Source: a virus (Duplodnaviria > Caudoviricetes). Taken from it: a DNA stretch of 64,000 nucleotides. Positions 38,019 through 47,525 of the stretch are shown here, one piece after another. Made by a program: the position numbers and the translations under genes. The DNA is taken from IMG/VR virus record IMGVR_UViG_3300025437_000009; one strand, given 5' to 3'. Each line of letters opens with the position of its first letter. Position 1 is the first letter of the stretch. The notes beneath the pieces were generated by a model, which was given only the letters and a program-made list of their open reading frames with translations, did no database searches and was not told the origin of the DNA.

Positions 38019-38957
38019 ATGGCGTACTCACAAGGTGGCTTAATTGCTGCATCAGATTATAATGGTTTTGTCAACGGTTCAAACCAGTTAAACACCGTTT
38101 GGTCCACTGGCACAGGTAACGCTGGCTACGGACAAACTGCGATATCAGCAGTATCTGGTAGCGGCTTAGTAACAGCCACACAATGGGCTAGTTTAATTAA
38201 CACATTAAATAGTGTTTTAACACACCAAAGTGGTAGCGGATCCGGCATCAGTGGTAGTATTACTAGTGGACAAACTATCAACTACCTAAGTACACTATCC
38301 ACAAACGTCAATACTGCTTACACAAACCGTTCAAATTTTGCTTCACAAGGTTCTACAACTACTGGTTCAGTATTCAGTCCAAACTTTACAGCAGTAAACG
38401 GTGCTACTGCCCAAACATATACAATTACTCGTACAGCAACATTTAGTTCGGGCGATGCTGCACGCTACTTCTTTAATGCTGGCGGCCAACTTAACTTTAT
38501 TTTCACAAGTACCACAGTAGGTGACGGCACAGCACGCTCAACTGATCTACAAACATTGATCAGTACCAATTTGGTAAGCTATCCAGCGTTCCGTTCCGCT
38601 ACAGGCGGCGGACGTAGTGGCACAGGTGGAACAGTCAACACCAACGCAACCAACATCGGGTACTACCAATTAACTACAACCAATCAAACATTGACGCAAA
38701 TCACATCAACTACTTCTGGCTACACCGGAGATTATGTAATTTTGGCGGTGAAATCAAATGGTGTACAGGGCGCACATGCTGACGTTGGTAGCGTTATTAC
38801 ATTCACCGTGACTATCTATAGTGCAGCACGTACTGACCCAACATTGGGTGCTCAGTTTAACGACTCAATTAACATTACCCCAAACCATCGTATTGACGTG
38901 GTATATCCAGAAACAACTAACCTAACTAACACTTGGGGTACAGTAACAATCGCTTAA
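38019..38957 (+). CDS. Putative virion structural (tail tip/fibre-associated) protein
   Basis: S/T/G-rich with ARYFFNAGGQL block; last gene of the late operon. Confidence 0.45.
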   Translation: MAYSQGGLIAASDYNGFVNGSNQLNTVWSTGTGNAGYGQTAISAVSGSGLVTATQWASLINTLNSVLTHQSGSGSGISGSITSGQTINYLSTLSTNVNTAYTNRSNFASQGSTTTGSVFSPNFTAVNGATAQTYTITRTATFSSGDAARYFFNAGGQLNFIFTSTTVGDGTARSTDLQTLISTNLVSYPAFRSATGGGRSGTGGTVNTNATNIGYYQLTTTNQTLTQITSTTSGYTGDYVILAVKSNGVQGAHADVGSVITFTVTIYSAARTDPTLGAQFNDSINITPNHRIDVVYPETTNLTNTWGTVTIA

Positions 38958-38968
38958 TCCATATTAAG

Positions 38969-38997
38969 TTGACATCCGGGGTGTAGTATAGTATAAT
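38969..38997 (+). promoter_or_regulatory. Perfect sigma70 consensus promoter TTGACA-N17-TATAAT
   Basis: TTGACA 38969-38974, TATAAT 38992-38997; upstream of the 39022-56279 operon. Confidence 0.85.
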
Positions 38998-39014
38998 AAC
39001 TATCTACACCTTTT
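38978..39014 (+). terminator. Intrinsic terminator for the tail operon, overlapping the promoter
   Basis: GGTGTAG(T)ATAGT-ATAATA-ACTATCTACACC stem (38980-39010) followed by TTTT. Confidence 0.6.
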
Positions 39015-39021
39015 ATTCTAT

Positions 39022-39336
39022 ATGAGCGAACTCGAAAAAATTACTGACGAAATCCGTCGGGCAACTGATTATCAGATCAACAAAAAGATTCTTCGCGAGA
39101 AGATCCAAACCGATTTGCACGTTGCATATAACGGTGGCCTGTTCAAAGTAACTCCTGAACTGTTGGCATTTGTAGCTACATATAGATATACTACAATGTA
39201 TATTGAAGACACATATCATAATCCCATTGAAGTTGAACGTGACGAGTTTCGTACACTATGTGAAGAACACTATCAACTAGTAATGAATCGATGGCATCAA
39301 GAACATAATGAACTCAAACGAATCCGTAAAGTCTAG
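39022..39336 (+). CDS. Hypothetical protein, first gene of the modification operon
   Basis: 104-aa ORF directly behind the sigma70 promoter; overlaps the next gene. Confidence 0.6.
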   Translation: MSELEKITDEIRRATDYQINKKILREKIQTDLHVAYNGGLFKVTPELLAFVATYRYTTMYIEDTYHNPIEVERDEFRTLCEEHYQLVMNRWHQEHNELKRIRKV

Positions 39337-40120
39337 AGGTGTAGTAGTATTTGCTTTTAATACTACCATAGACTATGTTGCTATTGCAGATCAAACAAGT
39401 CGACTGATTGGCCACACATTAAATTTACCCATTACACTGATCACTGACTTAGATAGCACACCCAAGTTTGCATACGATCATATTGTTCGAATAGAAAAAC
39501 AGGGCGACACATTTAAAACAGAAGATATGTCGTTCCGCTGGAGAAATCTTGGTAGACATTTAGCCTATGATCTCAGTCCCTACGATGAAACAGTTTTACT
39601 GGATACTGATTATCTTGTATTGGATGATAGCCTATTAAAATTGTTTGCTACAGATTTTGATTATCGGTTAATGCACCACAATGCAACACCCGAAGGACCA
39701 AGTTATGAACTAATGGGTGAAACAAGCCTTCCGTTTATTTGGGCCACAGTAGTCCTTTTTAGAAAAACAGAACGTGCTAGGTTATTTTTTGATCTTGTAG
39801 GGCGAGTTCAACGGAACTACGCCTACTATCGTGCTTTGTACAATATTCGTGAAGGAAATTTCCGTAATGACTATGCATTTGCTATAGCTAACAATATCAT
39901 TAGTGGTTATTCCTTAAATGAAGACCAAGGCATTCCTTGGCGCATGTTTACACTAGAAAAGAAAATTGAACGTATAATATTAAAGGATAATTTTATACAC
40001 GTACATCACAACGAAACAGCTACAGTGGTGCCATACCAAAATATACATGTGATGGATAAGTGGTATTTACAAAGTAGTGAATTTGAACAATTAGTGGAGG
40101 CTATAGTTGAGCCAACATAA
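39308..40120 (+). CDS. GT-A fold glycosyltransferase-like protein (GT8-like)
   Basis: SPYDETVLLDTDYL (DxD), IWATVVLFRK, RNDYAF, HVMDK. Confidence 0.6.
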   Translation: MNSNESVKSRGVVVFAFNTTIDYVAIADQTSRLIGHTLNLPITLITDLDSTPKFAYDHIVRIEKQGDTFKTEDMSFRWRNLGRHLAYDLSPYDETVLLDTDYLVLDDSLLKLFATDFDYRLMHHNATPEGPSYELMGETSLPFIWATVVLFRKTERARLFFDLVGRVQRNYAYYRALYNIREGNFRNDYAFAIANNIISGYSLNEDQGIPWRMFTLEKKIERIILKDNFIHVHHNETATVVPYQNIHVMDKWYLQSSEFEQLVEAIVEPT

Positions 40121-40958
40121 AGAACAACAAGGATTTGTTACCTTTGCACAAAACACAGACGCAGTGGATTATTTGGAGCTTGCTTACCTGCAGGCACTTA
40201 ACATTAAGGCAACGCAGAAGAATAACCGGTATGCGGTAATTGTTGATGCAACCACTAAGGAGAAAGTAAATGACTCTCATCGTAATACTTTTGATTATAT
40301 TATTGATCTGCCCACCGATTATAATGACACTTCCTCTGATAGAAAGTTTGCTAACGAATGGCAAGTCTTTCGTCTTACGCCTTTTAAAGAGACTATTAAA
40401 TTAGAATCAGATTTATTGTTTACAAGAAGTATTGAACATTGGTGGACTGCATTTAGATTACGGAATGTTTGTTTAAGCACAGGTGCTAAAACATTTGGCG
40501 GAATCAATGGAACTATACGCAAGTATCGGGAATTGTTTGATGCTAATCAGTTACCGGATGTCTACAACGGCCTAATGTATTTCCGCTATAGTCAAGACGC
40601 ACACAATTTTTTTGAAGCCGCACGTTATATACAGCAGTATTGGGAATATGTAAAAACTGGTCTTAAAAAATGCGTTGAAGACAAACCCAGTACAGATGTG
40701 CTATACGCATTAGCTGCACTAATGGTTGGTGAAGAAACCTGCACAATGCCTAGTATGGACTTTATAAACTTTGTACATATGAAGTCTGGATTCAATGGAT
40801 GGTCGGACACACAAAGTTGGTTAGAAACTGTTATGACAGAACGAGACGGTGATGTTATTCGAATCAATAACTTAAACCAATATGGCCCTGTACATTACTA
40901 CGATAAGAATTACTGCACTAAAGAACTAATTGAATATTATGAGTCCAGAAGAACTTAA
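40107..40958 (+). CDS. GT-A fold glycosyltransferase-like paralog (DxD reads ESD)
   Basis: TPFKETIKLESDLL, VYNGLMYFR, STDVLYA, FVHMK; colinear with 39308..40120. Confidence 0.55.
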   Translation: MSQHKEQQGFVTFAQNTDAVDYLELAYLQALNIKATQKNNRYAVIVDATTKEKVNDSHRNTFDYIIDLPTDYNDTSSDRKFANEWQVFRLTPFKETIKLESDLLFTRSIEHWWTAFRLRNVCLSTGAKTFGGINGTIRKYRELFDANQLPDVYNGLMYFRYSQDAHNFFEAARYIQQYWEYVKTGLKKCVEDKPSTDVLYALAALMVGEETCTMPSMDFINFVHMKSGFNGWSDTQSWLETVMTERDGDVIRINNLNQYGPVHYYDKNYCTKELIEYYESRRT

Positions 40959-41286
40959 AGCATATTGGGCAGAGGTAAAACCCGAAATATCAACACAACT
41001 TGAATATAGATTGCATTATAATGATGATGGTGATATTACAATGTGTAGTATGCAACAACACCCAGAATCAACTCAGTATATTGTAGTAACAAAAGAAGAA
41101 TATGATAACTATTTTCGGTATTGTGTGGTCAAAGGACAACTAGTTAAAATTGAACATAATTCAAAATATCGTGTCAGACTTAAAAAATCTACAAAGGGAT
41201 TTCCTACAGTAGCAGGACACGCAGGACTTGTAATAGAAGCAGATGAAGTATATAATAACGTAGAATACTATGAGCCAAATAATTGA
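40930..41286 (+). CDS. Hypothetical protein
   Basis: 118-aa ORF overlapping both neighbours; EYRLHYNDDGDI. Confidence 0.55.
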   Translation: MNIMSPEELKAYWAEVKPEISTQLEYRLHYNDDGDITMCSMQQHPESTQYIVVTKEEYDNYFRYCVVKGQLVKIEHNSKYRVRLKKSTKGFPTVAGHAGLVIEADEVYNNVEYYEPNN

Positions 41287-42169
41287 CGTAGCAGATTTAG
41301 ACTGCATTTACCTAACCTATGATGAACCAAATAAAGAACAAAATTGGATCCATATACAAAATATGGTTCCCTGGGCCCGTCGTGTGGATGGTGTTAAAGG
41401 GTCAGACGCCGCCCACAAAGCCGCCGCTGATGAAAGTAGCACTGACCGTTTTATTCTTATTGACGGTGACAATATCCCAGATCCTAATTTCTTTAATCTC
41501 CAGCTGGCACTAGACGATACAAATAAAGATTGTGTATTCCGTTGGCGGGCTCGTAACGCTATTAATGGCCTAATGTATGGCAATGGCGGATTAAGTTGCT
41601 GGACTCGAGACTTCGTCTACAGTATGCGTACACACGAAGCTAGTGACGGCACCACAGAAAACGATGTAGAGTTTTGTTTTTACCCTAACTACTGGGCTAT
41701 GAGTGACTGCTATTCAACTACCTATCCTAATGCTACTCCTTTCCAGGCTTGGCGTGCTGGCTTCCGTGAAGGTGTTAAGATGTGTTTAGATCGCGGAGCA
41801 AAGCCCACGCTACAAGAGTTTGAATCACGTGTGCATGGCCGCAACTACGATCACTTGTGTATTTGGCAATCAGTTGGTGCCGATGCTGACAACGGTTTTT
41901 ATAGTATCTTGGGTGCTAGAACAGGTACTTATATGACCATGCTGACCGAGTGGGACTATCGAGTAGTACAGGACTTTTCTGTACTAGAACAAATTTGGCA
42001 AAACAACGGAGCAGAGGATCAAGACACTGATCGGTGCAGTGAGTTAGGGGATATACTGCGTCATCAGTTAGGACTACCTATTGTTGATATGGATCCGGAT
42101 GCAAGTAAGTTTTTTAAACATCATTACAAAAGTCAGTTTCGTAATCAAGGACCAATGATCCGTGAGTAA
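41270..42169 (+). CDS. Glycosyltransferase-like protein (GT-A/GT2-like)
   Basis: LDCIYLTYDEP, RVDGVKGSDAAHKAAA, FILIDGDN (DxD), NGLMYGNGG, WRAGFREGVK. Confidence 0.55.
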   Translation: MSQIIDVADLDCIYLTYDEPNKEQNWIHIQNMVPWARRVDGVKGSDAAHKAAADESSTDRFILIDGDNIPDPNFFNLQLALDDTNKDCVFRWRARNAINGLMYGNGGLSCWTRDFVYSMRTHEASDGTTENDVEFCFYPNYWAMSDCYSTTYPNATPFQAWRAGFREGVKMCLDRGAKPTLQEFESRVHGRNYDHLCIWQSVGADADNGFYSILGARTGTYMTMLTEWDYRVVQDFSVLEQIWQNNGAEDQDTDRCSELGDILRHQLGLPIVDMDPDASKFFKHHYKSQFRNQGPMIRE

Positions 42170-43547
42170 ATCAGATTTTATGGCATCAGCTGAGTGGATG
42201 AAGGAGAATCTAGGTCCTGCACTCTGTTTGGCTAAATGGAAACAAGTGAGCCTACACTTGCCCACAGGACTTAATAACTCCTGTTACCATCCACCCCTAC
42301 ATCCAATTGATGCTGACGCATTAAAAGATAATCCTGGCGCATTACATAATACTGAGCATAAGAAACAGCAACGTGTTATCATGCTTAAGAATGAAAAACC
42401 TAGTGAATGTAGTTACTGCTGGAATATAGAAGCACACGATCAATTAAGTGATCGACACTATCGATCAGGAGAACCGTGGGCTGCTGAAGACTATGAAGTA
42501 ATTAAAAATTCCACAGGAGAAGAAGATGACGTTATTCCAAGTTATGTTGAAGTTAATTTTAATCACGCCTGCAATCTCGCTTGTAGCTATTGCAGTCCAC
42601 AATTTAGTAGTTCCTGGGCACAAGAGGTTGAACGTTGGGGAGCCTATCCGACATCAAGTCCTCATAATGATCCCAGCCATTTTGTGGGTCGTAATCGTCC
42701 TATCCCTGCAAGAGAGGACAACCCCTATGTCGATGCCTTCTGGCAGTGGTGGCCAGAATTGTACCCAAAGCTCAAACACTTCCGGATGACTGGTGGTGAA
42801 CCACTAATGGATCGAAATACCTATCGGGTATTTGATTATGTCCTGGCTCTACCCAACCCCGAACTACACCTAAATGTAACCAGTAACTTTTCAGTAGATG
42901 ACTCCCTGTTTGAAAAATATTTGGGCTATGTTAAACAATTATGTAACACAAACATAGAACACTTTATGCAGTATGTTAGTTTAGACTCCGGCAAATATCA
43001 ACACGCTGAGTACATTAGACACGGACTAAACTTTCACCGTATGCAAAATAATGTACATAGATTCTTACACGAGATTCCATATCGCAATAGTCTTACATTT
43101 ATTATTACAATGAATAATCTAAGCGTGTTGGGCATACAGCAACAGTTAGAATGGATTCTTAACCTCCGCAAGTCTTATAGCACAACTTATCAACGTGTTT
43201 GGTTTGATACACCACTATTACGCCAACCTTCTTGGCAAAGTTTACAAATACTCCCAGAAGTCTATGTAGGAGTACTAGAACGTGTAGCAGACTGGATGGA
43301 ACTACATTTAGAAACACCAGACAAGCCATTTCAAGGCTTTAAAGATTACGAAGTACAACGTATGCGTCGTGACATAGATTGGATGAAAGAAGGTAGCAAA
43401 CTTGATCCAGAATATGTTAAACTACAAAGAGCAGATTTTTATCGTTTCTTTAACGAACACGATAAACGACGGAATACTGATTTTTTAACAACCTTCCCCG
43501 AAATGAAGGAATTTTGGAGCCAATGCCGATACTATGCCCAAAATTAA
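42162..43547 (+). CDS. N-terminal-twitch radical SAM protein
   Basis: CLAKW...SCYH...CSYCW; CNLACSYC; MTGGEP; VSLD. Confidence 0.85.
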   Translation: MSKSDFMASAEWMKENLGPALCLAKWKQVSLHLPTGLNNSCYHPPLHPIDADALKDNPGALHNTEHKKQQRVIMLKNEKPSECSYCWNIEAHDQLSDRHYRSGEPWAAEDYEVIKNSTGEEDDVIPSYVEVNFNHACNLACSYCSPQFSSSWAQEVERWGAYPTSSPHNDPSHFVGRNRPIPAREDNPYVDAFWQWWPELYPKLKHFRMTGGEPLMDRNTYRVFDYVLALPNPELHLNVTSNFSVDDSLFEKYLGYVKQLCNTNIEHFMQYVSLDSGKYQHAEYIRHGLNFHRMQNNVHRFLHEIPYRNSLTFIITMNNLSVLGIQQQLEWILNLRKSYSTTYQRVWFDTPLLRQPSWQSLQILPEVYVGVLERVADWMELHLETPDKPFQGFKDYEVQRMRRDIDWMKEGSKLDPEYVKLQRADFYRFFNEHDKRRNTDFLTTFPEMKEFWSQCRYYAQN

Positions 43548-43817
43548 TTTAAAAGAAAAAATAGTATTTGGGAAAAAATAGTTAAAAATATAAACACATT
43601 AGCTGATCGATATGGCGGGTATTCCTGTATACAAATAAACACCGTACTACAACGTGACAATATCAATCATTTATTAGAACTAGGGCAATGGATAGAAAGC
43701 ACAGGAATCACACGCTGGACATTGTCCGAACTTGGCCCAACCCTTGGATTTAATCCAATTGGCCAATATCATTATCAAAATTGTGAAAAAAGTAATAGTT
43801 CCGGAAGAACTATTTAA
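43548..43817 (+). pseudogene. Start-less remnant of a radical SAM gene (C-terminal core fragment)
   Basis: Open frame FKRKNSIWEKIVKNINTLADRYGGYSCIQINTVLQRDNINHLLELGQWI... with no ATG; resembles the R...W..+..N+...NTV...N+..L.E+ segment of neighbouring radical SAM proteins. Confidence 0.55.
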
Positions 43818-43868
43818 ATTATCGATAGTATCAACAAATATAAAAAGTGTAAACTTACTTAAAAAAAT

Positions 43869-45218
43869 ATGCCAAGACTCAACAACGAAACAGATTTAGA
43901 ATATAAACGTAGAGTAATCGATATTAAATCAGACTCATTTTGTGGTGCCAAATGGTACAATGCTACCATATGGTTGGGATCAGGACAGACTACAAGTTGC
44001 CATCACCCACTGCCACATAAAGTTGCAGTAGAAGATATACTAAATAATCCTAAAGCACTACATAATACACTAACAAAGAAAAAAGAACGTGCTCAAATGC
44101 AACAGGGCGAACGCCCAGGCGGTTGTGAGTATTGTTGGAAAATAGAGGACATTGGCCGTGACAACATCAGTGATAGAGTATATAAAACAGTTATCTATTC
44201 AGACGAAGACCTGGATCAAGCATATAACCTTCCAGCAGATGCAGACGTGGATTTACAAACTTTGGAAATTGCATTCGATCGTACCTGTAATTTTGCTTGC
44301 TCTTACTGTAACCCTGCTTTCAGTTCAACTTGGGTTAATGATTTGGATCGCAACGGCCCTTACACAGGGTTGGTTAGTGATGGCCGAAATCATTTTACTC
44401 ACGGTCATGATAGCAGTCAACTTTATCGCTTTAATGAAAGCAATCCTTACGTGGATGCCTTCTTTAAATGGTGGGAATCAGACCTCCATAGAACACTAAA
44501 AGAACTGCGACTAACGGGTGGCGAGCCGCTTATGTCAGGCGACACGTGGAAGTTATTAAACTGGTTTAAAAACAATGACACTGATATGAAGTTTGCTATG
44601 AACAGCAATCTTGGTGCCAAGGATGAGCTAATTGATCGATTAATTGATGCAACGCATTCGATCAAACACTTTCATTTGTATACTAGTAATGAATCAATCA
44701 GTCAACAAAGCGAATATATTCGTGATGGACTAGTTTGGGATAACTGGGCCAACAATGTAGAAAAAATATTGACTAACGGTAGACTTGAAGGATTTCACAT
44801 GATGTGTACCGTTAACGCATTATGCTTAGACAGTTTGGTTAGTTTTTTAGAATGTGTAATGAATTGGAAACGTGAGTATGGAAAAGACTTTCCTACGTTT
44901 ACACTAAATATTTTACGCTTCCCAAGTTTTCAATCACCCCTAGTATTACCGGATTCAATTAGGACTTACTATAGAGAACAATTACAGGAATGGTTTGATC
45001 AAAATGCCTACGATGATTGTATGCATCAAATGGAACGTAATCAGTTACGTAGATTAATTGATTACCTTGATGTAGTTAAAACACCCCACGTAGGTGCAGC
45101 AGAGCAATCAGTCCTACAACAAGATTTTAAAAAGTTTTACACTCAGTATGACCAACGTCGCGGTAAAAACTTTGCCCAAACGTTCCCAAATTTAGAAGAA
45201 TGGTACAATAGTATATGA
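43869..45218 (+). CDS. N-terminal-twitch radical SAM protein
   Basis: CGAKW...SCHH...CEYCW; CNFACSYC; LTGGEP. Confidence 0.85.
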   Translation: MPRLNNETDLEYKRRVIDIKSDSFCGAKWYNATIWLGSGQTTSCHHPLPHKVAVEDILNNPKALHNTLTKKKERAQMQQGERPGGCEYCWKIEDIGRDNISDRVYKTVIYSDEDLDQAYNLPADADVDLQTLEIAFDRTCNFACSYCNPAFSSTWVNDLDRNGPYTGLVSDGRNHFTHGHDSSQLYRFNESNPYVDAFFKWWESDLHRTLKELRLTGGEPLMSGDTWKLLNWFKNNDTDMKFAMNSNLGAKDELIDRLIDATHSIKHFHLYTSNESISQQSEYIRDGLVWDNWANNVEKILTNGRLEGFHMMCTVNALCLDSLVSFLECVMNWKREYGKDFPTFTLNILRFPSFQSPLVLPDSIRTYYREQLQEWFDQNAYDDCMHQMERNQLRRLIDYLDVVKTPHVGAAEQSVLQQDFKKFYTQYDQRRGKNFAQTFPNLEEWYNSI

Positions 45219-46552
45219 CAGAACGTCAAAAAGAGTTTTATAAAAAGGGCTATGACTATATGTCAAAGAAGCCTATCTATATCAGTGAAGATAAACTAAC
45301 AGAAGAACAGACACGCAGATTAACTAGCGATAAACACTTTTGTATACTACCTTGGGTGCATACACATGCTTTCCCGGATGGTCGTACTTATCCCTGTTGT
45401 CTAGCAGATTACTGGCATCCCGTCGGAGACCTGCGCAAAAATACCATGGAAGAAATTTGGAACCAAGATGGTTACAAGACTATGCGACGTAACATGCTAG
45501 AGGATAAACCTTGCAAGGAATGTACCAAATGCTATGAACAAGAAGCCAGCGGCTTTTTCAGTATGCGTAACGAAGCAAATAGAAACTTAGGACACTACAT
45601 AAATGACGTTGATCAAACCCTCGACGATGGCACGCATCCTGAATTCAAAATTAGGTATTGGGATATCCGTTTTAGCAATCTCTGCAATTTCAGCTGTCGT
45701 ACCTGCGGTCCTATTTTCAGTAGCAACTGGTACAACGATCATGTCAAGCTATATAATCGCAAGCCAGATGTTCTTGGTCGCGACATGCTACGAGTGGAAT
45801 ACGCAGCAGGAGACGAAGAATCGATAATGAAACAGATGGAGCCTCATATTCCATATATGGAGCAGGTATATTTTGCTGGTGGTGAGCCACTTATTATGAA
45901 GGAACATTATTTCTTATTAGATAAATTGTTGGAACGCGATAAAACTAATACTCGACTAATCTACAATACAAACTTTAGTGAATTACATTTTAAAGACAAA
46001 CATGTATTTGACTATTGGAAAAAATTTGAAACAGTAAATGTAGGAGCAAGTCTAGATGCATCATATGCACGAGGAGAACTAATACGTAAAGGTACTGATT
46101 GGAATCAAACAGTTGAAAATCGTCGGCGTATGAAAGAAGAAGTTCCGCATGTGGATTTTTATATTAGCTCTACTATTAGTGTTATGAATGTGTTGCATGT
46201 ACTAGATTTTCATAAAGAGTGGGTTGAATTAGGGTTAATAGATCCAAAAGATTTTAATGTTAATATTTTACAAGGACCTAAATGGTATCGAATTGACATA
46301 CTACCTGAATGGTTTAAACAAGAAGTAGTCATACCAGCTTATAGAAAACATATTGAGTGGTTAGATCCCCTAGACAAACTACGTCGTGCTACTGTTGGAT
46401 TTGAAAGTGTTATTAACTTTATGTCTAATCCAGGAAATAAAAATGACTGGGACAAGTTCATTAAAGAAACTTATGTCTTGGATACCTTACGTAAAGAAAA
46501 ATTTTGGGACACGTTTCCAGAATTAATACCAGCAAAAAATGCTACAGTATAA
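45215..46552 (+). CDS. N-terminal-twitch radical SAM protein
   Basis: CILPW...YPCC...CTKC; CNFSCRTC; FAGGEP; ASLD. Confidence 0.85.
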   Translation: MTERQKEFYKKGYDYMSKKPIYISEDKLTEEQTRRLTSDKHFCILPWVHTHAFPDGRTYPCCLADYWHPVGDLRKNTMEEIWNQDGYKTMRRNMLEDKPCKECTKCYEQEASGFFSMRNEANRNLGHYINDVDQTLDDGTHPEFKIRYWDIRFSNLCNFSCRTCGPIFSSNWYNDHVKLYNRKPDVLGRDMLRVEYAAGDEESIMKQMEPHIPYMEQVYFAGGEPLIMKEHYFLLDKLLERDKTNTRLIYNTNFSELHFKDKHVFDYWKKFETVNVGASLDASYARGELIRKGTDWNQTVENRRRMKEEVPHVDFYISSTISVMNVLHVLDFHKEWVELGLIDPKDFNVNILQGPKWYRIDILPEWFKQEVVIPAYRKHIEWLDPLDKLRRATVGFESVINFMSNPGNKNDWDKFIKETYVLDTLRKEKFWDTFPELIPAKNATV

Positions 46553-47525
46553 AAATCTACGTAGTGTACATTTAGAAATTAGCAGCCGTTGTAATGCTGC
46601 TTGTCCAGATTGCCTGCGTAACTTTCGTGGTGTTGATGTGATGGATACATATCCTGTATGTGATATGACTCTAGATCAGTTCCAGCAGATTTTTACTCAA
46701 GACTTCCTACAGCAATTACAGCATTTCACAATTAATGGTAACTACGGTGACTTTGTTACAGCACGTGACGGTCTAGAGATTGTTGAGTATATGCTCAAAG
46801 TTAATCCCAGGATTCAGGTAGAAATCAGCACAAATGCTAGTGCAAGACCAAAGTTATGGGAACCCCTTGGTCGATTGGGTGTAACTGTTTACTTCCGTTT
46901 AGATGGACTAGCAGATACGCATCACTTATACAGACAAAATACAGACTTTAATTTTATTTTAGATAACGCCAAGAAATTTATTGCCGCTGGTGGCCGTGCA
47001 GTATGGGCAATGATTAAGTTTGATCATAACGAACATCAAATTGATGAATGTAAGCAAATGTCCCAGGATTTGGGATTTGATCGTTTTGATCTAGTAGATG
47101 CTGGTCGCAATACAATGCCAGTGTTTAACAGCGAACGTCAACTGACTCACACAATTGGCAATTGGCAGGGTAGTACAGACTTTGACAAATTGTTTACATC
47201 TTATTCTTACTATAAAATAGAACCTGATATTGCTATACGCAATGAGACTGAAAATCGTACAGTAGACTGCTATGCTAAACGTCAGCAAGAAATTTATGTA
47301 GCCAGCAATGGGGAAGTGTACCCTTGCTGTTGGTTAGGTTACTATCCTTTGCATAGTAACGCAAGACCCAGTAACATACAATTAAAACCCCTAATCAAAA
47401 ACAACAATGCACTAGAATACGGATTAGAAACTGCCATTGGATGGTTCAATGCTATAGAAGAAACTTGGGATCGTACAGTACCCGAGGGAAAAATTTATGA
47501 GTGTAATAAAACCTGTGGAAAATAA
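46539..47525 (+). CDS. Radical SAM protein with C-terminal twitch domain
   Basis: CNAACPDC; NGNYGD; FRLDG; C...GEVYPCCW...CNKTC; paralog of 3380 and 4384. Confidence 0.85.
   Translation: MLQYKNLRSVHLEISSRCNAACPDCLRNFRGVDVMDTYPVCDMTLDQFQQIFTQDFLQQLQHFTINGNYGDFVTARDGLEIVEYMLKVNPRIQVEISTNASARPKLWEPLGRLGVTVYFRLDGLADTHHLYRQNTDFNFILDNAKKFIAAGGRAVWAMIKFDHNEHQIDECKQMSQDLGFDRFDLVDAGRNTMPVFNSERQLTHTIGNWQGSTDFDKLFTSYSYYKIEPDIAIRNETENRTVDCYAKRQQEIYVASNGEVYPCCWLGYYPLHSNARPSNIQLKPLIKNNNALEYGLETAIGWFNAIEETWDRTVPEGKIYECNKTCGK

Noticed and set aside
31421-38957. Diversity-generating retroelement targeting the tail fibres
   Set aside because: No reverse transcriptase and no TR/VR pair differing at adenines was seen in the window.
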